Shown here: piece after piece, positions 38,485 to 51,531 of the stretch
Numbering within the stretch: position 1 is the stretch's first letter
Layout of the letters: each line of letters starts with the position of its first letter
NCBI GenBank assembly: GCA_022813965.1
Contig: JALDZS010000002.1
Location: 310,001-374,000, forward strand
Direction of reading: 5' to 3'
DNA: 64,000 bases
Source: Toensbergia leucococca
Lineage: Eukaryota
Notes under the pieces: generated by a model
What the model saw: the letters and a program-made list of their open reading frames with translations, nothing else
Told to the model about the DNA's origin: nothing
Databases searched by the model: none
Program-made: the position numbers and the translations under genes

Positions 38485-40234
38485 ATGGTCAAACAGCGGC
38501 CTCTGACACCCCCTTCATTGGACGGTAGAGACCTTCAGTATGGCTTCTATCAATTGATGCAACACAACGCTGCAACGCAGTATCAGCCAGACCATTATAC
38601 GCTCCATGAAAACGCTCACCTTCAATCCGGCTCAAACACCACTTTAAGCTCTCCGGAACCTAATCAACTGCCAACCAGTCACTACGGAACAGGACAGTAC
38701 CATGGCGGATACCAGGGTCAGTATGATCCAGGGCTATCCATTCAACATGTGAGTAAAGCATTAGTGAATACGAATATCTTCGTGGCTTCTTTAGCTAACA
38801 TCAAATCAAGGACGGATATGATGGACCCATATATTACCAGGATCATAACAATGAGTTCCATGCTCTACCGGGACAGCAAAACGTAAGCCAGTGATCCTTC
38901 GTGTGAAGAAGTTGGTCAGCTGACGGACAACATATTAGTATCTCCACTCTGGATGGAACACGAGCACTCCTCCAACACCGACAGCTTCCGACCATAGTGG
39001 TGCAGGGAGGCGGACGACAAGGTCTGGCCATTTAGTGGTCCCCAGTAGATCTGGGCAAAGGTTGAGAGCCAACACGGATGATAGATCTCGTGCTTCGAGC
39101 TCTCCCAAAGCAAGAAAAGCAGCAAAGCAGACAAAAGGCGATAAATCCAAAGTTCCAAAGATCAATGCTCCTCTCAGCGAACTCACCAAAACATACACGC
39201 ATATACCTATTCGGGACATGGATGAGTGGGTGAATAGGACAGCAGAGACTAGAAGACTAGAAGTCGAGAAGAGAAATGGATACATAACTCGCCCAATGAA
39301 TTCATTCATGTTGTATCGATCCGCTTATGCCGAAAGGACAAAAATGTGGTGTCTCCAGAACAATCATCAGATTGTTTCGTCTGTTTCGGGCGAAAGTTGG
39401 CCTTTGGAACCTTCTGAAGTTAGAGAGCAGTATAATGAATATGCGCGAATCGAGAGAGATAACCACCAGAAAGCGCATCCAGGCTATAAGTTCTCACCCA
39501 GTAAGGCGCAGAACTCAAGCCGAAAACGCAAAGGGGCTTCTCAACCAGAAGAGGAAGAACCAAGCGATCTTGATGATGCAGACTTTTCATGGAAACCGTC
39601 GTCAGGAAGAAAGACTAGAGCAAAGCAGATGAAAAGACCACCACGAGAAGGAGGCTACCCAACGAGTAATGGCGTGCAAGATAATCCGAGAAATCGAGGT
39701 CCGGATCCCTATCCAAGACTCAATCAATCTTCTTACCAAGCAACGAACCCAGGCAGACCACTCGCAGCCACAATGAGTGGTCAGGATCTTTACGGCCAGT
39801 ACTACCAGACGACCGTCTATCCAAACTCGAGAGAACAAAACATCGAAGACGTCTTCGTCCACAAAACCGAAACGACGACGAATATTACAGCTGCACCACC
39901 ATTGATCGGACTCCCAGGGGCTTACCACTATGAGTTACTTGGCGAGCACTCGGTTCATAATAGTCCGGCCCCTACAAGCGAGCCACAAGTGGATCCAGTA
40001 CTATTAGCATACGACAACAATTATCTCGGTCAGGCCAGCGCCTCTCTCACCGAGCAGCAATTTAGAGACTTGGACCATAATAGATTGTTCGACGCTGGCT
40101 CACAACCGAGCGATTACTATGAAGAGACGAATTTTCATCCGCAGACCGATCCCTGGCAGCTAGACAACGAGAGTGGGCACAATGATTCTGGGGCTGAGTT
40201 TGATAGGTGGATGGAGGCGAACAACAACAGATAA
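38485..40234 (+). CDS. MATA-type HMG-box transcription factor, Ste11/FMF-1/PaHMG5-like; two introns
   Basis: TRPMNSFMLYR..NNHQIVSSVSGESW..EVREQYNEYARIERDNHQKAHPGYKFSP HMG box; exons splice in frame from MVKQRPLTPPS. Confidence 0.88.
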
Positions 40235-40884
40235 CGGAGGAGACGTGTGATCATCAGGTAATTGAAATATGCATTTTATAGCGTGGTGTTGAGACGTTTC
40301 TGTGAGTTGAGTCATCGAGATGATTTCGAATTGGGCCGGTGCTTTTGTAATTGCAGTACGATTTCGTAGATACCGTCGGAGTTGTCCTGAGTTCTGCTCT
40401 TGAAACACTTGCTTCAGATATCACTGCGCAAGCATTAAGCCCAATGAATAGACGAGCAATTCGAGAGTCTCCCTCAGTCGAGGAGTAACTATTGAACACG
40501 TCCTGTTCAAAGAACGCTCTCCAGCAGTCAAGTGAGGTGCTGACGGTGTCATTGACCAGCAGCAGTACTTAGTGAGACTGAATTTTGCCACCGAAGGACG
40601 CCGGCAGTGTAAGCTTGTGGGATTATCACTGCTGCAGGGGACCGCGCGATAAACATTGAAAACAATTGAAACCATATGTGCAGTAGGCTAGATGTAGAAG
40701 TTGGTGTTTGGTTGATATGATCGACTTGATTTTGGCGCTAAATAAATGGGGGCTATATAAGGTAGTGCGCCCAACTAGGTAGGTAGTGTCACCACCATGG
40801 ACTAGGTATTTTGAATGTATTTTGTCCATCACCATCTGTCTTGTTCTACCTGATATTGCACAATCGTCGATCAAGGAACCATCC

Positions 40885-41643
40885 ATGTATGGCGATTTGG
40901 GCTACAAACTCGTATGTATTCTAGCAATGGCAGTATAGGAGATGCTAAGACGCATTTGGTCAGGCCCAACATGCCAAACGCACACTGGCTCTTGCACATC
41001 TACCCCCTTACCAGACTGAGATGATTCGCGCAATGACACGTGAAGTACGTGATCTGGACAAAGATGTTTCGAATATCCTTACGCCCTTTGAAGGAAGTTT
41101 CAATCCTTCTGCTGAACCTGCCACGGCCTGTGCTTTGCTTGTCAACCATCTCTGCATGCGTCGCAACAAGCGATGTTTGCTTGCTTATCACCGAGTCCGC
41201 TCAGACAAAATGGAAGAAATGTGCTGGAGTGGAAGTGATGTACTAGATCAGCAGATCCAGCCGCAACAGCACGCTACTGGAGACGGAGCTGGCATGAGCT
41301 CTGAAGCAGGTAATCAAAGTTCACTCAGCCCAGAAGAGGAGGAATATGTTCGGCAGTATAGTGATATGCTCGCGGCCTACAAGGGTCAATGGACAGATAT
41401 TGATTTAACGGGAAGCTTGGAAGCGCCGCGGGACTTATTCATTGATGTACGAGTCTTGAAGGATGCTGGGGAAATTCAGACTGAATATGGGTAAGACTGA
41501 ATTTTTCTAATTTACAGGAAATACATCTTTAATGGCAACGACTGAGCAGGGCCATCACGTTGACAAAGAACAGCCAGTTCTTCGTCAGACAGGGCGATGT
41601 TGAGCGTCTGGTAGCGCAGGGGTATTTGCAGAAGTTAGGTTGA
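40885..41643 (+). CDS. PSF1: GINS complex subunit Psf1; two introns
   Basis: MYGDLGYKL, LCMRRNKRCLLAYHRVR, LSPEEEEY, PRDLFIDVRVLKDAGEIQTEYG, FFVRQGDVERL. Confidence 0.95.
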
Positions 41644-42370
41644 CGGGGAGTCTCCATGTACTAAACAGGATCGAAAGCGTGCCAAGTGGGTCAAGAAAGC
41701 AATTACGAGTCACGACACTTCCTTCAGGACGATACTCGCTAATTGATTGGCTTAGCAGCTAGTCCAAGGGGTCGTGGTATATTGGCACTTACATGTGTTG
41801 AGTTCGCTACGACCAACCATTAAGCCGGCCTATAAGAGTTTGGGAGACTTTCTTCAAGATTTTTCCCCATGTTAATAGTCGTACAAGAATACCCATCAAG
41901 CCCGTCCCGTGATCCCAAGGAGAGGAGTTGGAAGACGGGAAAGGAATTGCATCATTACTCCACGGATGATGACACAACATATGGACAGCAGAATTCGCAT
42001 GTTTTGCCCCGCCAGCCCCGCTCTACCTAGCTCGCCGTTGCCGTTTCGCTTGACAGCGCTAGGTAGGCAGGTAAGGAAACCTAAATGAAAATCTTAAATA
42101 TTTTAACATAATTGCCGGTTGGTGAGGTGCTTTCTTGCCCCACTACCTACTTACAACACTGTCTATCTTATCTAATCCACCTACACTGCACTCGGCACAG
42201 TCCATTCTTCTCTTCCATGAGTTCAGTAGATGTACATCATAATGTCACTGGCAGCCTTGCGATAGGCCATCATAACCTCCTCCTCTTCTCTTTGAAGTCA
42301 CAAGATACTGTCAATTCCTCCGGCCACGTCAATTTGATGCTTGAATCTCGTACCACTTTTTGGATTCAGC

Positions 42371-45300
42371 ATGTCTGGCAGGTTTAGAAGCGCTTCACAC
42401 CAATCTCGACAGGCTCCCTCGATTGGCCAAGTAATCGACAATGAAGATCATCTTGGAGGAAGTCTAGGAAGGCCTGACGATCATTCTTCTGCTAGTCTCC
42501 GTCCTCGGACAGATTCTTCGCCCTCTAGATTGTCCTTTTCTTCTGCGTTGAATCAAAAAACCCCAGCTAGATCATACTACCAACGTTCTTTCCACGGCTC
42601 TCTGGGTAACTATGTATTAGGCAAGCCCTTTTCATGTGATATACTTACCTTTCTCGCAGCTCCAGTCGACCTTGCTCATAACATTTCCTCTGGAATTCGA
42701 GAAGAGACGGCCGAGCTAGCCTCGTGGGCCTTGTCAGACATATCATCTATACGTAGTGGAACCTCACCTACTCGGCCTCATGCCTCAGCCTTCAATAATG
42801 CCGCCGCGAATCCGGACCCGAGTATTCGCGGTCGTCTTGACCACGAGAGTCTCACTCGTCATGAATCAAATGAATCCTCCCATCCAGATGTAATTCGAGA
42901 AGTCTCCGAGCCTGCCTCGCTAGAGAGGATCCCTTACTCTAATAGATCACCTGGTACATCCATTCTTACAGAGCTGATCAAGAATTCGCCACCAACTGAG
43001 GAGACTAGTCCTGCCACCGAGGAAGACTTTGCATTTGATAGTTCAGGAATAACCCCTGTCGTTATTTCCAGGGGAATAATATCGCAGCCGCATGAACGGA
43101 CATTGTTGAGTTTGAAAAAGAATCAGGTCTCTTCATACGGGTCTATCCATGACATTGAGAGTCAGACTGTCCACAAACGTCTGGTCAGTAAATTGCGAAG
43201 CGATCTCACATGGTCGATAGAGTATGTCTATTCTTCAATGGGAATTTTCATGAATCCTAAATCCTGGAATCGGCAAGCAATCTGGGAGAATGGGATTTTG
43301 CAGCCCGCAAGCTACGTTCCTCCTGTAATCCTTGGTTTGCTTCTGAACATTCTTGATGCCTTATCTTACGGTAAAACAGGGTCAGCAAAAATCTTTGCGG
43401 TACAGGCTGACACAATGTAGGGATGATCCTGTTTCCACTTGGACAACCCATATTTGAGAGCCTTGGACCTGATGGCATATCGATGTTCTATGTCAGCTGT
43501 ATAGTATCACAGCTGGTATACTCTCTTGGTGGTAGTATTTTCAAGGGTGGTATTGGCTCGGAGATGGTGGCTACCCTATCATCGTCTTTATTGCCTTAGC
43601 TAACAAGTATAGATTGAAGTGGTACCATTCTTCCATAAAATGGCTTTCACGATTCTTGCCAGAGTTGGCGAAGACAACCCGAAATCGGTTCTGGCTACGA
43701 CAATTCTTTCATACTCGATGAGCTCTGTGCTTACTGGTGTGGTGTTTTTCATTATGGGAAAATGCAAACTTGGCTCTTTGATTGGGTTCTTTCCCCGACA
43801 TATTCTCATTGGTTGCATTGGTGGTGTTGGATGGTTCCTTGTGGCCACAGGCCTGGAGGTTTCCGCCAGACTTGAAGGCAACTTGGAATACAATCTAACA
43901 ACGTTGAGAAAACTCATACAACGGGACACGATCTTACTTTGGATGATTCCATTGATACTGGCTGCTGTACTTCTAGCAGCCAAACGCTGGGTGAAACATC
44001 CCTTAACCGATGCAACTTTTTTCCTCTCAATAATTGCAATATTTTACTTCTTTGTGGCGGCTATTCCTGACCTTGAACTGGAGGACCTTCGGGCTTTGGG
44101 TTGGGTCTTTGACGCTCCCGAGGCGGGAGTTCCCTTCTATCATTTCTATAGTCTTTACGGTAAGCCTGGAGTTGACAGTGTTGGACAATATGTAGTTGAC
44201 TCTTTCTAGACTTCGGAGCTGTCGATTGGAAAGCACTCGGAGCCACGGTACCTGCAATGTTCGCCCTGACTTTCTTCGGGATACTGCACGTACCAATAAA
44301 TATCCCTGCTCTCGGTCTGACAACAGGGGAGGACAACGTCGACGTCGACCGCGAGCTCAGAGCGCATGGCTTGTCGAATGCTCTTTCGGGATTTTGCGGC
44401 AGTATACAGGTAAGTGTCTAAAGTTCCCAGTGATATGACGGCATTCAATTACTTACCATACTTTAGAATTACCTTGTTTATACAAACACTGTTCTTTTCA
44501 TGCGCAGCGGAGGAGACAGCCGTGTTGCAGGTGTTATGCTGGCAATTGCTACCTTTGGGATCCTTGTGAGCGGCCCGGTGATCATTGGTTTCATTCCGAT
44601 CATGGTTGTTGGGGCACTCATCTTCTTCCTTGGATTTGACCTCATGCGAGAGGCTTTGGTTGATACTTGGGGAAGAGTACATCGTCTAGAATATCTGACA
44701 GTGAGTCTCTTCTATCCCCACCTCACGGAAGATATCTGATCATCCCAAGATCGTGGTCATTGTTGTTACCATGGGGGCATGGGACTTTGTCGTTGGTATC
44801 CTTGTGGGGATCGTTTTGGCATGTGTCAGCTTCGTCCTTCAAATGTCTCAAGTCTCAGCTATCAGAGGCACCATCCCAGGAGGAATCGCATATTCTACAG
44901 TTCGGAGACACCCGATTCAGCATCGGTTCCTGCAAGAAGTTGGGGAGCAGATTTATGTGATGAAGCTTGCAGGCCACTTATTTTTTGGTACCATTGTCGG
45001 CGTTGAATCCCAAATTCGGGCGCTCTTACTGGAAGAAGCATTTCAGGCCCATCCAATTCGCTTCCTTGTGCTCGACTTTTGGAACGTCGACGGGGTTGAT
45101 TTCTCGGCGGCCGAGGCTTTCATCCGCATCGACAGAATACTTGGTGCGAAAAACGTAAAGATGATCATATGCGGCAGTGCTATGGACAGTGAAGTCGGCA
45201 GAAGCCTCTGTAATGCTGGGCTATCGGAGGATGGAGTACAGTTCTTTGAAGACCTCAACTCAGCACTGGAATTGTGTGAGAACGAGCTTTTAAAGACTCT

Positions 45301-46065
45301 TTATCAGCGTCGGGATCCATCCATAGAAACGGAAATAAACGCTCCGGAATACCTTGGTAAGAAGCTTGATTTTAAGCCTAATGCTCATGACTGATTTTTT
45401 TTCAGATGTCCCAAAACAGGATCGGCCTTCTTTTTCTGGCGAAACCCTGTACAGCACTCCACGAAGACACCAATTGCAAACTATAGCCACTTTAACGCTC
45501 AACGAACAAGACTTTGTGCCTCATTCAAGATGGCAACACTATCAGCAACCATTGCAGTTGATATTGCAGACCTTCTCCACTGTGTCAGACAAGCCGGAAG
45601 AATTTTGGACTCGTACGGTCAACTTCTTTGAGCGTAAGGAGTACGCTGCAGGAACTATACTCTACAGTCGTGGTGACCGTCCCAACGGATTCTACTTACT
45701 TGAGGCTGGCATTTTGAAGGCTGAATATGTCCTCATCCAGGTGGGCCATACCCGCCTGCAAGGTAAATTTTCCGAATTGATTGTTGCCGGCACAACATGT
45801 GGCGAACTCCCTTTCTTTTCCGGCACTAAACGAACGTCCACGACATGTGCGGAAAAATCCTGCATCACTTGGATGCTTAACGATGAGAAATGGGAGGAAT
45901 TACAGAAACAGCAACCAGACATCGCTCAGGAACTACTCAAGATCAGCCTGAAGCTCACAAGCGAGAGGATGGATGCCATCACGCAGTGAGTATTGACTAA
46001 CCGATTTGTGACAATTACTTCGTGCTGAAGTTTCATCTAGGTACATGTTACTCTCAAATGGATAA
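42371..46065 (+). CDS. VSB1: SulP-family transporter with STAS and cNMP-binding-like domains (Vsb1/YGR125W-like); multi-exon
   Basis: [88 protein letters not shown]; start codon uncertain. Confidence 0.88.
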
Positions 46066-47679
46066 GCCAATTTGTAAGATGCTGCGGTATGGAAGGACTA
46101 TTTTTACGCACACTGGCAAAAAGTTTAGACTTGTTGAATGCATAGCGCGCGGAGTCTATGACTAGGTTTTGGGGGGAGTTGCTCAGTGCACTAGTACGGA
46201 GTTGAAGAAATGGAATATATAAGGCTGATTTGTTGGTACAATCACGATAAATCGTTTATTCAAACGGTAGTCAGCGATTTCATATGGCTCGGCCCATCGT
46301 TCTGCTAAATCAAATCGATGGACTTTGAGGAGAAGAACAGTGATGATACGAAAGTGTCCCCTGGCATTGAATCATGACTAGTCTCTCCCATTTCTTTAGC
46401 ACTGTACTTCATTCCGAAGTTACCGATGCGATTCTAGCAAGAGAGTCGGACCAAAAGCATGCCTAGAATAGATCTCTAATGAAAAGGTGAAATTGATGGC
46501 AGGAAAGAAAGATATCCAGGCGATGACGAAGATTATAAGGTGGCAGACAAGGAGGAGGAGCCGCGATATCAGATATCAGAAAGCGGACTCGTATGTGACT
46601 CATGCATGAGGTGGAGTTACCTTAGCCTTCGGCAAAGGTGCCCGAGCCCATGATGCAGCAGCGTCTCTCGGTCTGTTTCTCGAGTCTGCACTTTTGTATG
46701 CGCCAAACATCATTACCACCTACCTGCCTAAAGATTTGATTTTCGATGTCCAGATTTATCCTGGATAAGGTAAATACCACTCTTTAGAATTACAGATCTC
46801 GAAAAGGACGTAAGACTTTCCACGTTCATGAGATGCCACGAAGCGAAACATTGGCGGACTAGTGTCTAGTGTGACTTGATGCAGGGCCAGGGGCTCATGT
46901 TTACCGTAATATGAAACTTTGCCCTTTCAAATTAGCGAACATGTCAAACACCTGGAAAATTAGACTAGAATACCATGAGCAATTCCATGGATTAAGATTT
47001 GCAGTTGATGTTCTAGATTATCTCCGTGATAGCGTCAGATGCTGAGGGACATCCCACGCAGTAGAGCACTTTTAGTGAGCATGACAGCTATCTGGGATTG
47101 TGCAGCTCATCTGACAACGCCGTCGCATTCTTGATCGCGTGTCTGGGACGCAAGGCCGGTGGTGTATTGGTGTGGTGCATGGATGAGAAAACGGTCATGC
47201 GACCGAACTCTGACCTCCCATAGGACAATGCGTAGTCAAGAAGCTCCGTAACAGCCGTGATGATGTGCTGCTCATCTTGACAAGTAGTCTTCTTCAACAT
47301 TGTAGCAGAAAGGGCTCGGACGTCGTTATTCGGCTCTCTGTTTGGTCTTCCAGCCATCCTCAAATAAATTAATATTATTGGCAGAATTGGCGCTAGAATA
47401 AACACGAACATCCCATATTTAACTAGCGCTCTCCCTGCATCTTCCAAATTTCCCAACCCTCTTCACCAAATTTCACCAGGTGCAGAACAAATCCGTTGGC
47501 TTTCTTACCTTCTCTAGGTAGAGCTTTATCGTACCCATACCCATACACTTGCCTGCCTTGCCATCACTATATTGCACATAGCTTGCTGTATTGACACAAC
47601 AACTACACGCCAGTTTCCAGCCAACGCTATCTCGTCGTTTCCCAACCCAGCAATAACATTACTGAATACACCAACAATC

Positions 47680-50153
47680 ATGTCAGAATCTCAAGCATCT
47701 GTACAAGGAACACCTGCAGTTGACCCTGTTGCCATCGAACCGACCACCGTCGCCTCCGAGGCCAAGATAGACCCTATCCGACCTACTGGGACCGATGCCC
47801 TCATGGCAGAAAGCCGACCAGAGGTCTTAGGAGGTACCGACCCTGCGACATCCACCACAGCAACGGGTCCAGCAGGCACAGAATCGAAAGAGCAGAATGT
47901 TGGGGACAACGCTGTTATGATCGAGGCTCAGCCAATCACGGAAGGTGTCTTGGGCTACAAAGCACCTGGCCTTGTCAAGTACGCTACTTCTTTTTGGCTA
48001 TATGTATGTTACTAATAGAGGATGTTAACGTTATCCAGGAGCCTTCGCTTCGCTAAGAAGTTTTTTTGGTTGAACGAAGAGGCTGTTGAGCCGCAACATC
48101 TTTCGAATTACCTTCGCAACGAAAAGCCGGAAATTGGCCACCACAATGCTGCACATGCGACCCAAACAGGAAATGGCCTTTTCTTCTTTGCAAAGCGTGT
48201 TGAAGACAAGGCTCAGCCAGCTGGTATTCTCAATCTCGTGAGTATTCATGATCGCTCCACAGCAGGCAAGCCTTGGAACTAATGAAACCCTTCTTGTTAT
48301 AGAGTGACGTTAGTGACGTGACTAAAGATGGGACTCTCGACTTCTCCTTCAAGCTCCATGGGCACAAGCATGTCTTTCAGGCTGCAACTAGTGCAGAGCG
48401 TGACAGCTGGCTGGTTGCAATAGAGTCTCAGGTGACGGATGCAAAGACATCCCGTGAAGGCATCGTTAGTAGTGATGGCTATAAAAAGCACTTGGAGACA
48501 CTTGGTACGTCGAACATTCAATCACCATCTTTCTGTCGCCCAAGTTTGTGAAGCTGATCCCGTTCAAGGTAAACCTGCTGCTTTTGGTGCAGTACCAGCA
48601 GTCGCTAGATCTGCGTCTAGACCGAAGAAGAGCATGGATGACAAAGCCCGGAATGGCACCCAAACCACAGGCGGAGCTGCAGCTACTAGTAGCCCTTCCA
48701 CTCAAGAAACGACCAAGGACAAGACCACTAGCCGCTCCCAATCCCGTAAGAGAGGTAGTCTTTTTGGAACACTCCTTGGAAAAAAGGAAGAGCATGACGA
48801 GAAGAAAGAAGTAAGCAAAGAAGATAAAGTCACAGGGAAAGAGATTCAACAGGAAGAAAAGGAGGAGAAGAAAGAAGAGAAAGCCGAGAAACAAGAGCTT
48901 AAGAAAGAAGGGAAACTCGAAAAGAAGGCCGAGAAACAAGAGCTCAAGAAAGAAGAGAAGCTCGAAAAGAAGGCCGAGAAAGAGCATAAAAATGACGGCG
49001 AAGCCCATCCCGCACCCCTCAACGCCGCTGCAATTGGTAAGTGCTCTTTGACTTGGGTTTCCCCCTACTCTGCTGAACATTCGCAGCATCTCGTGTCCTG
49101 AGCGCGCCAATTGTGCCCGCTGAAGGCGAGAAGGCCATTGCGACTGATGAGATAGCGCAGCCGAGTGCGATGGAGACAGATGCCGCTCATCCAAATACGA
49201 CAACTCGTGACGCAGCCCCTAAACCAAATAAGAGAAACTCAATATTTGGCAGTATCTTTGCCAAGAAAGAGCCGTTGAACTCTACTCGTGACACTCGGGA
49301 GAAAGATGCTGGCCCGGCTGTTCCAGCAAAGGATTCCGAAATAGCACCTGTTTCTGATACGCCATCTCAGCCAGCTGATTCTGCAGACACACCTGTGTCG
49401 CAGACTACCGATATTCCCTCTGAGACTTCCGCACCCAAAGTCGACACTGCCGCTACTCCAGCCCCAACTGTCGGCCAGCAAGGATCTAATTCACCCACTT
49501 CAAAAGGGGGCATCTTTGGTTTCTTGAAACAAAAGGAAGCGCAGCAGGAGGTGGGTCCTTGTGAATGACTAAGTATCCCGTGGCAGCTATTGACTGACTG
49601 CGTGCAGGAGAAGAAAGAGACAAAGGCCGAAGAAAAGGCTGGAATCGAAGCTCCATCTACCTCTGCCGACAGTGCTTTGGCTGCCGCTGCTCCTGAGAAT
49701 TCCTCTGAGACCACCACACCTGCTATCAAGCCCAGTACAACGTCTACAACCCCTGACGCCCTGAAAGAGAGACGTCGCTCGTCGTTCTTTGGCACGCTAG
49801 GTGGCAAAAAGGAGAAGAGAAGCGATGTCATTTCGGATACCGAGGGGACTGATGGAGAGGGCAAGAAGTCTGCGTCAACGAAACTCACCGGTCTGTTTCG
49901 TAAGCCAAGCCGGGCTGTGAAAGGAGGAAGTAGTACCGATGCGTCGGCCTCCAGCCCTGCCGCTGTAGCGGAGTCCTCGGAAGCTCCAGCACCGGTCAGC
50001 AAGGACATTCCAGCGATTACCGAGACGTCACCGGAGCCCCACATGAATGGTAATGGCTTTGCCGAAGGTTCAAAAGAAAATGTGGGCGGTAATGTTCCAG
50101 AACTTGTCAGTGCTGGTCATCCCCAGCAAACATCTGTGGAGGCTGCCGCGTAG
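47680..50153 (+). CDS. PH-domain protein with long low-complexity charged tail (Meu6-like); multi-exon
   Basis: EGVLGYKAPGL, FAKKFFWL, AAHATQTGNGLFFFAK, PAGILNL, HKHVFQAATSAERDSWL; repeated KRxSxFG motifs. Confidence 0.82.
48883..48981 (+). repeat. 45-bp coding tandem duplication (AEKQELKKExKLEKK x2.2)
   Basis: Units 48883-48927 and 48928-48972 differ at 3 positions. Confidence 0.9.
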
Positions 50154-50642
50154 AGAAGTCGAGGAGCCTACCTTGCTGGCGGTACGGTGTGGTAAGTTCA
50201 TTGAGAATTCACAGTCGGTGGAAGTTCTAGTCTACACTGATTTCACTCATTGCGTTTTGTTTTATTTAATGACCCATCCGGGCCTCCTCTCTTTCCGTTG
50301 TTGGCGTGCACTAGACTGATACCACACTCTGTTTTCATTTCGCTCAATACCCCATACCCCATTTGATCCTGATACCCCGCGTCAATCTTCTATTGGAGAT
50401 GCGCGCTCGGCCACTAGGGCAAAAGCTAGTTCAAATAATAGATAATGAAAAGCTGTCATTCGTTTATATAATAGGAGTGTAGGCTACCTTAGATACTGTT
50501 GGAAAATGTGAAAGAAAGCATTGCAAACAAGGCAGACTTGCGGAATTGGGGCAGTGCTAGGCGTGGGGGTGTAGAAAGAAGCCGCGCTCACCGCGGTGTC
50601 GAAAGTTTACTACAATGCCCAGCGATGTTTTATCTTTGCTTC

Positions 50643-50989
50643 TGAGTCATACTGCCAATGGAGGCCGCCTACTGCACAAGGTATCACCAGTAGTGTAACG
50701 TAAGAAGCGTTTGTGAACAAGGATCCCGAATCCTTCCTAATTGAACACATGCGTAGTATGGATTATAAATCAGCTTTTCAGGTTTTCAGGGTGCACCAGG
50801 TGCGTGTTTCGCTGCGTCGTCCTGGTGGGCCCCATACACAGTCTGATTCGCAGCGGAGTTAGCAAGGCCACCTAAGTGCGCTGATGCACGCGTTAAGTGG
50901 GATACTCTCCCCAACACGGCTTAGCTCTTACTAGATCCAAGTCCGGTTCGGTAAAAGAGCCAATCATAACCAACACAAGACGTGACTCA
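50643..50989. promoter_or_regulatory. Two Gcn4/CpcA recognition elements upstream of cpcA
   Basis: TGAGTCA at 50643-50649 and TGACTCA at 50983-50989. Confidence 0.65.
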
Positions 50990-51133
50990 TATTGCTGGTG
51001 TTAGCCCACATTCTCTCAGCCGCTTCGCTTTCACTTTAAACTGGCCTGAGTCCCACACCGCTACCTGAGAATTCTCTTCTTCTTCCCTACCACCTTTCAC
51101 ACTGCACACACACATAGTAATCACAAGACATCC

Positions 51134-51154
51134 ATGGTTATGGCTGCCTTGTAG
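51134..51154 (+). promoter_or_regulatory. cpcA uORF1 (MVMAAL*)
   Basis: ATG GTT ATG GCT GCC TTG TAG; short first uORF typical of GCN4/cpc-1 leaders. Confidence 0.85.
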
Positions 51155-51375
51155 ACTACTTCACTCACTCCATCTATTATCTCGTCAACAGACAAGATAG
51201 ATAATTACTTCACCAAAGTCTACAATCCCACTCCAATTCCACCTCTACCCTCAGAGTCTCCTCCCGAGGCCTCTTTGGATCGTAGCAGCTTCGCTTCACC
51301 CAGCTCAGCTCCCCGCTTCACAGCAACCATTCCACTCCACGACTTCCAGTCGTTCACCACGGATCATCAATCCAC

Positions 51376-51531
51376 ATGGCTTACCCAACCCCCATCCCCG
51401 AGGCTTACGCCACAGGAAACATCCAGTCAGACGTTGCAAGAAGACTTCGTACTGTACCCAACTCAAAGTCCGTCTCGACAAGCTCGCAGGCAGACCGAGC
51501 TGGCGCAGGCGACGTCTTGTATAGGCCCTAA
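51376..51531 (+). promoter_or_regulatory. cpcA uORF2 (51 aa, out of frame with main CDS)
   Basis: ATG at 51376 (MAYPTPIPEAY...) to TAA at 51529-51531; the only AUG seen between uORF1 and the main AUG. Confidence 0.85.

Noticed and set aside
39290..39500. HMG box as a MAT1-2-1 mating-type gene
   Set aside because: No APN2/SLA2 flanks, no intron in the HMG box, and the motif is closer to Ste11-type factors
47088..47456. 122-aa minus-strand ORF with a hydrophobic stretch
   Set aside because: Non-AUG start, no recognisable motif, lies in the promoter region of the PH-domain gene
48466..50044. Long antisense ORFs (245 and 225 aa)
   Set aside because: Shadows of the low-complexity sense coding sequence
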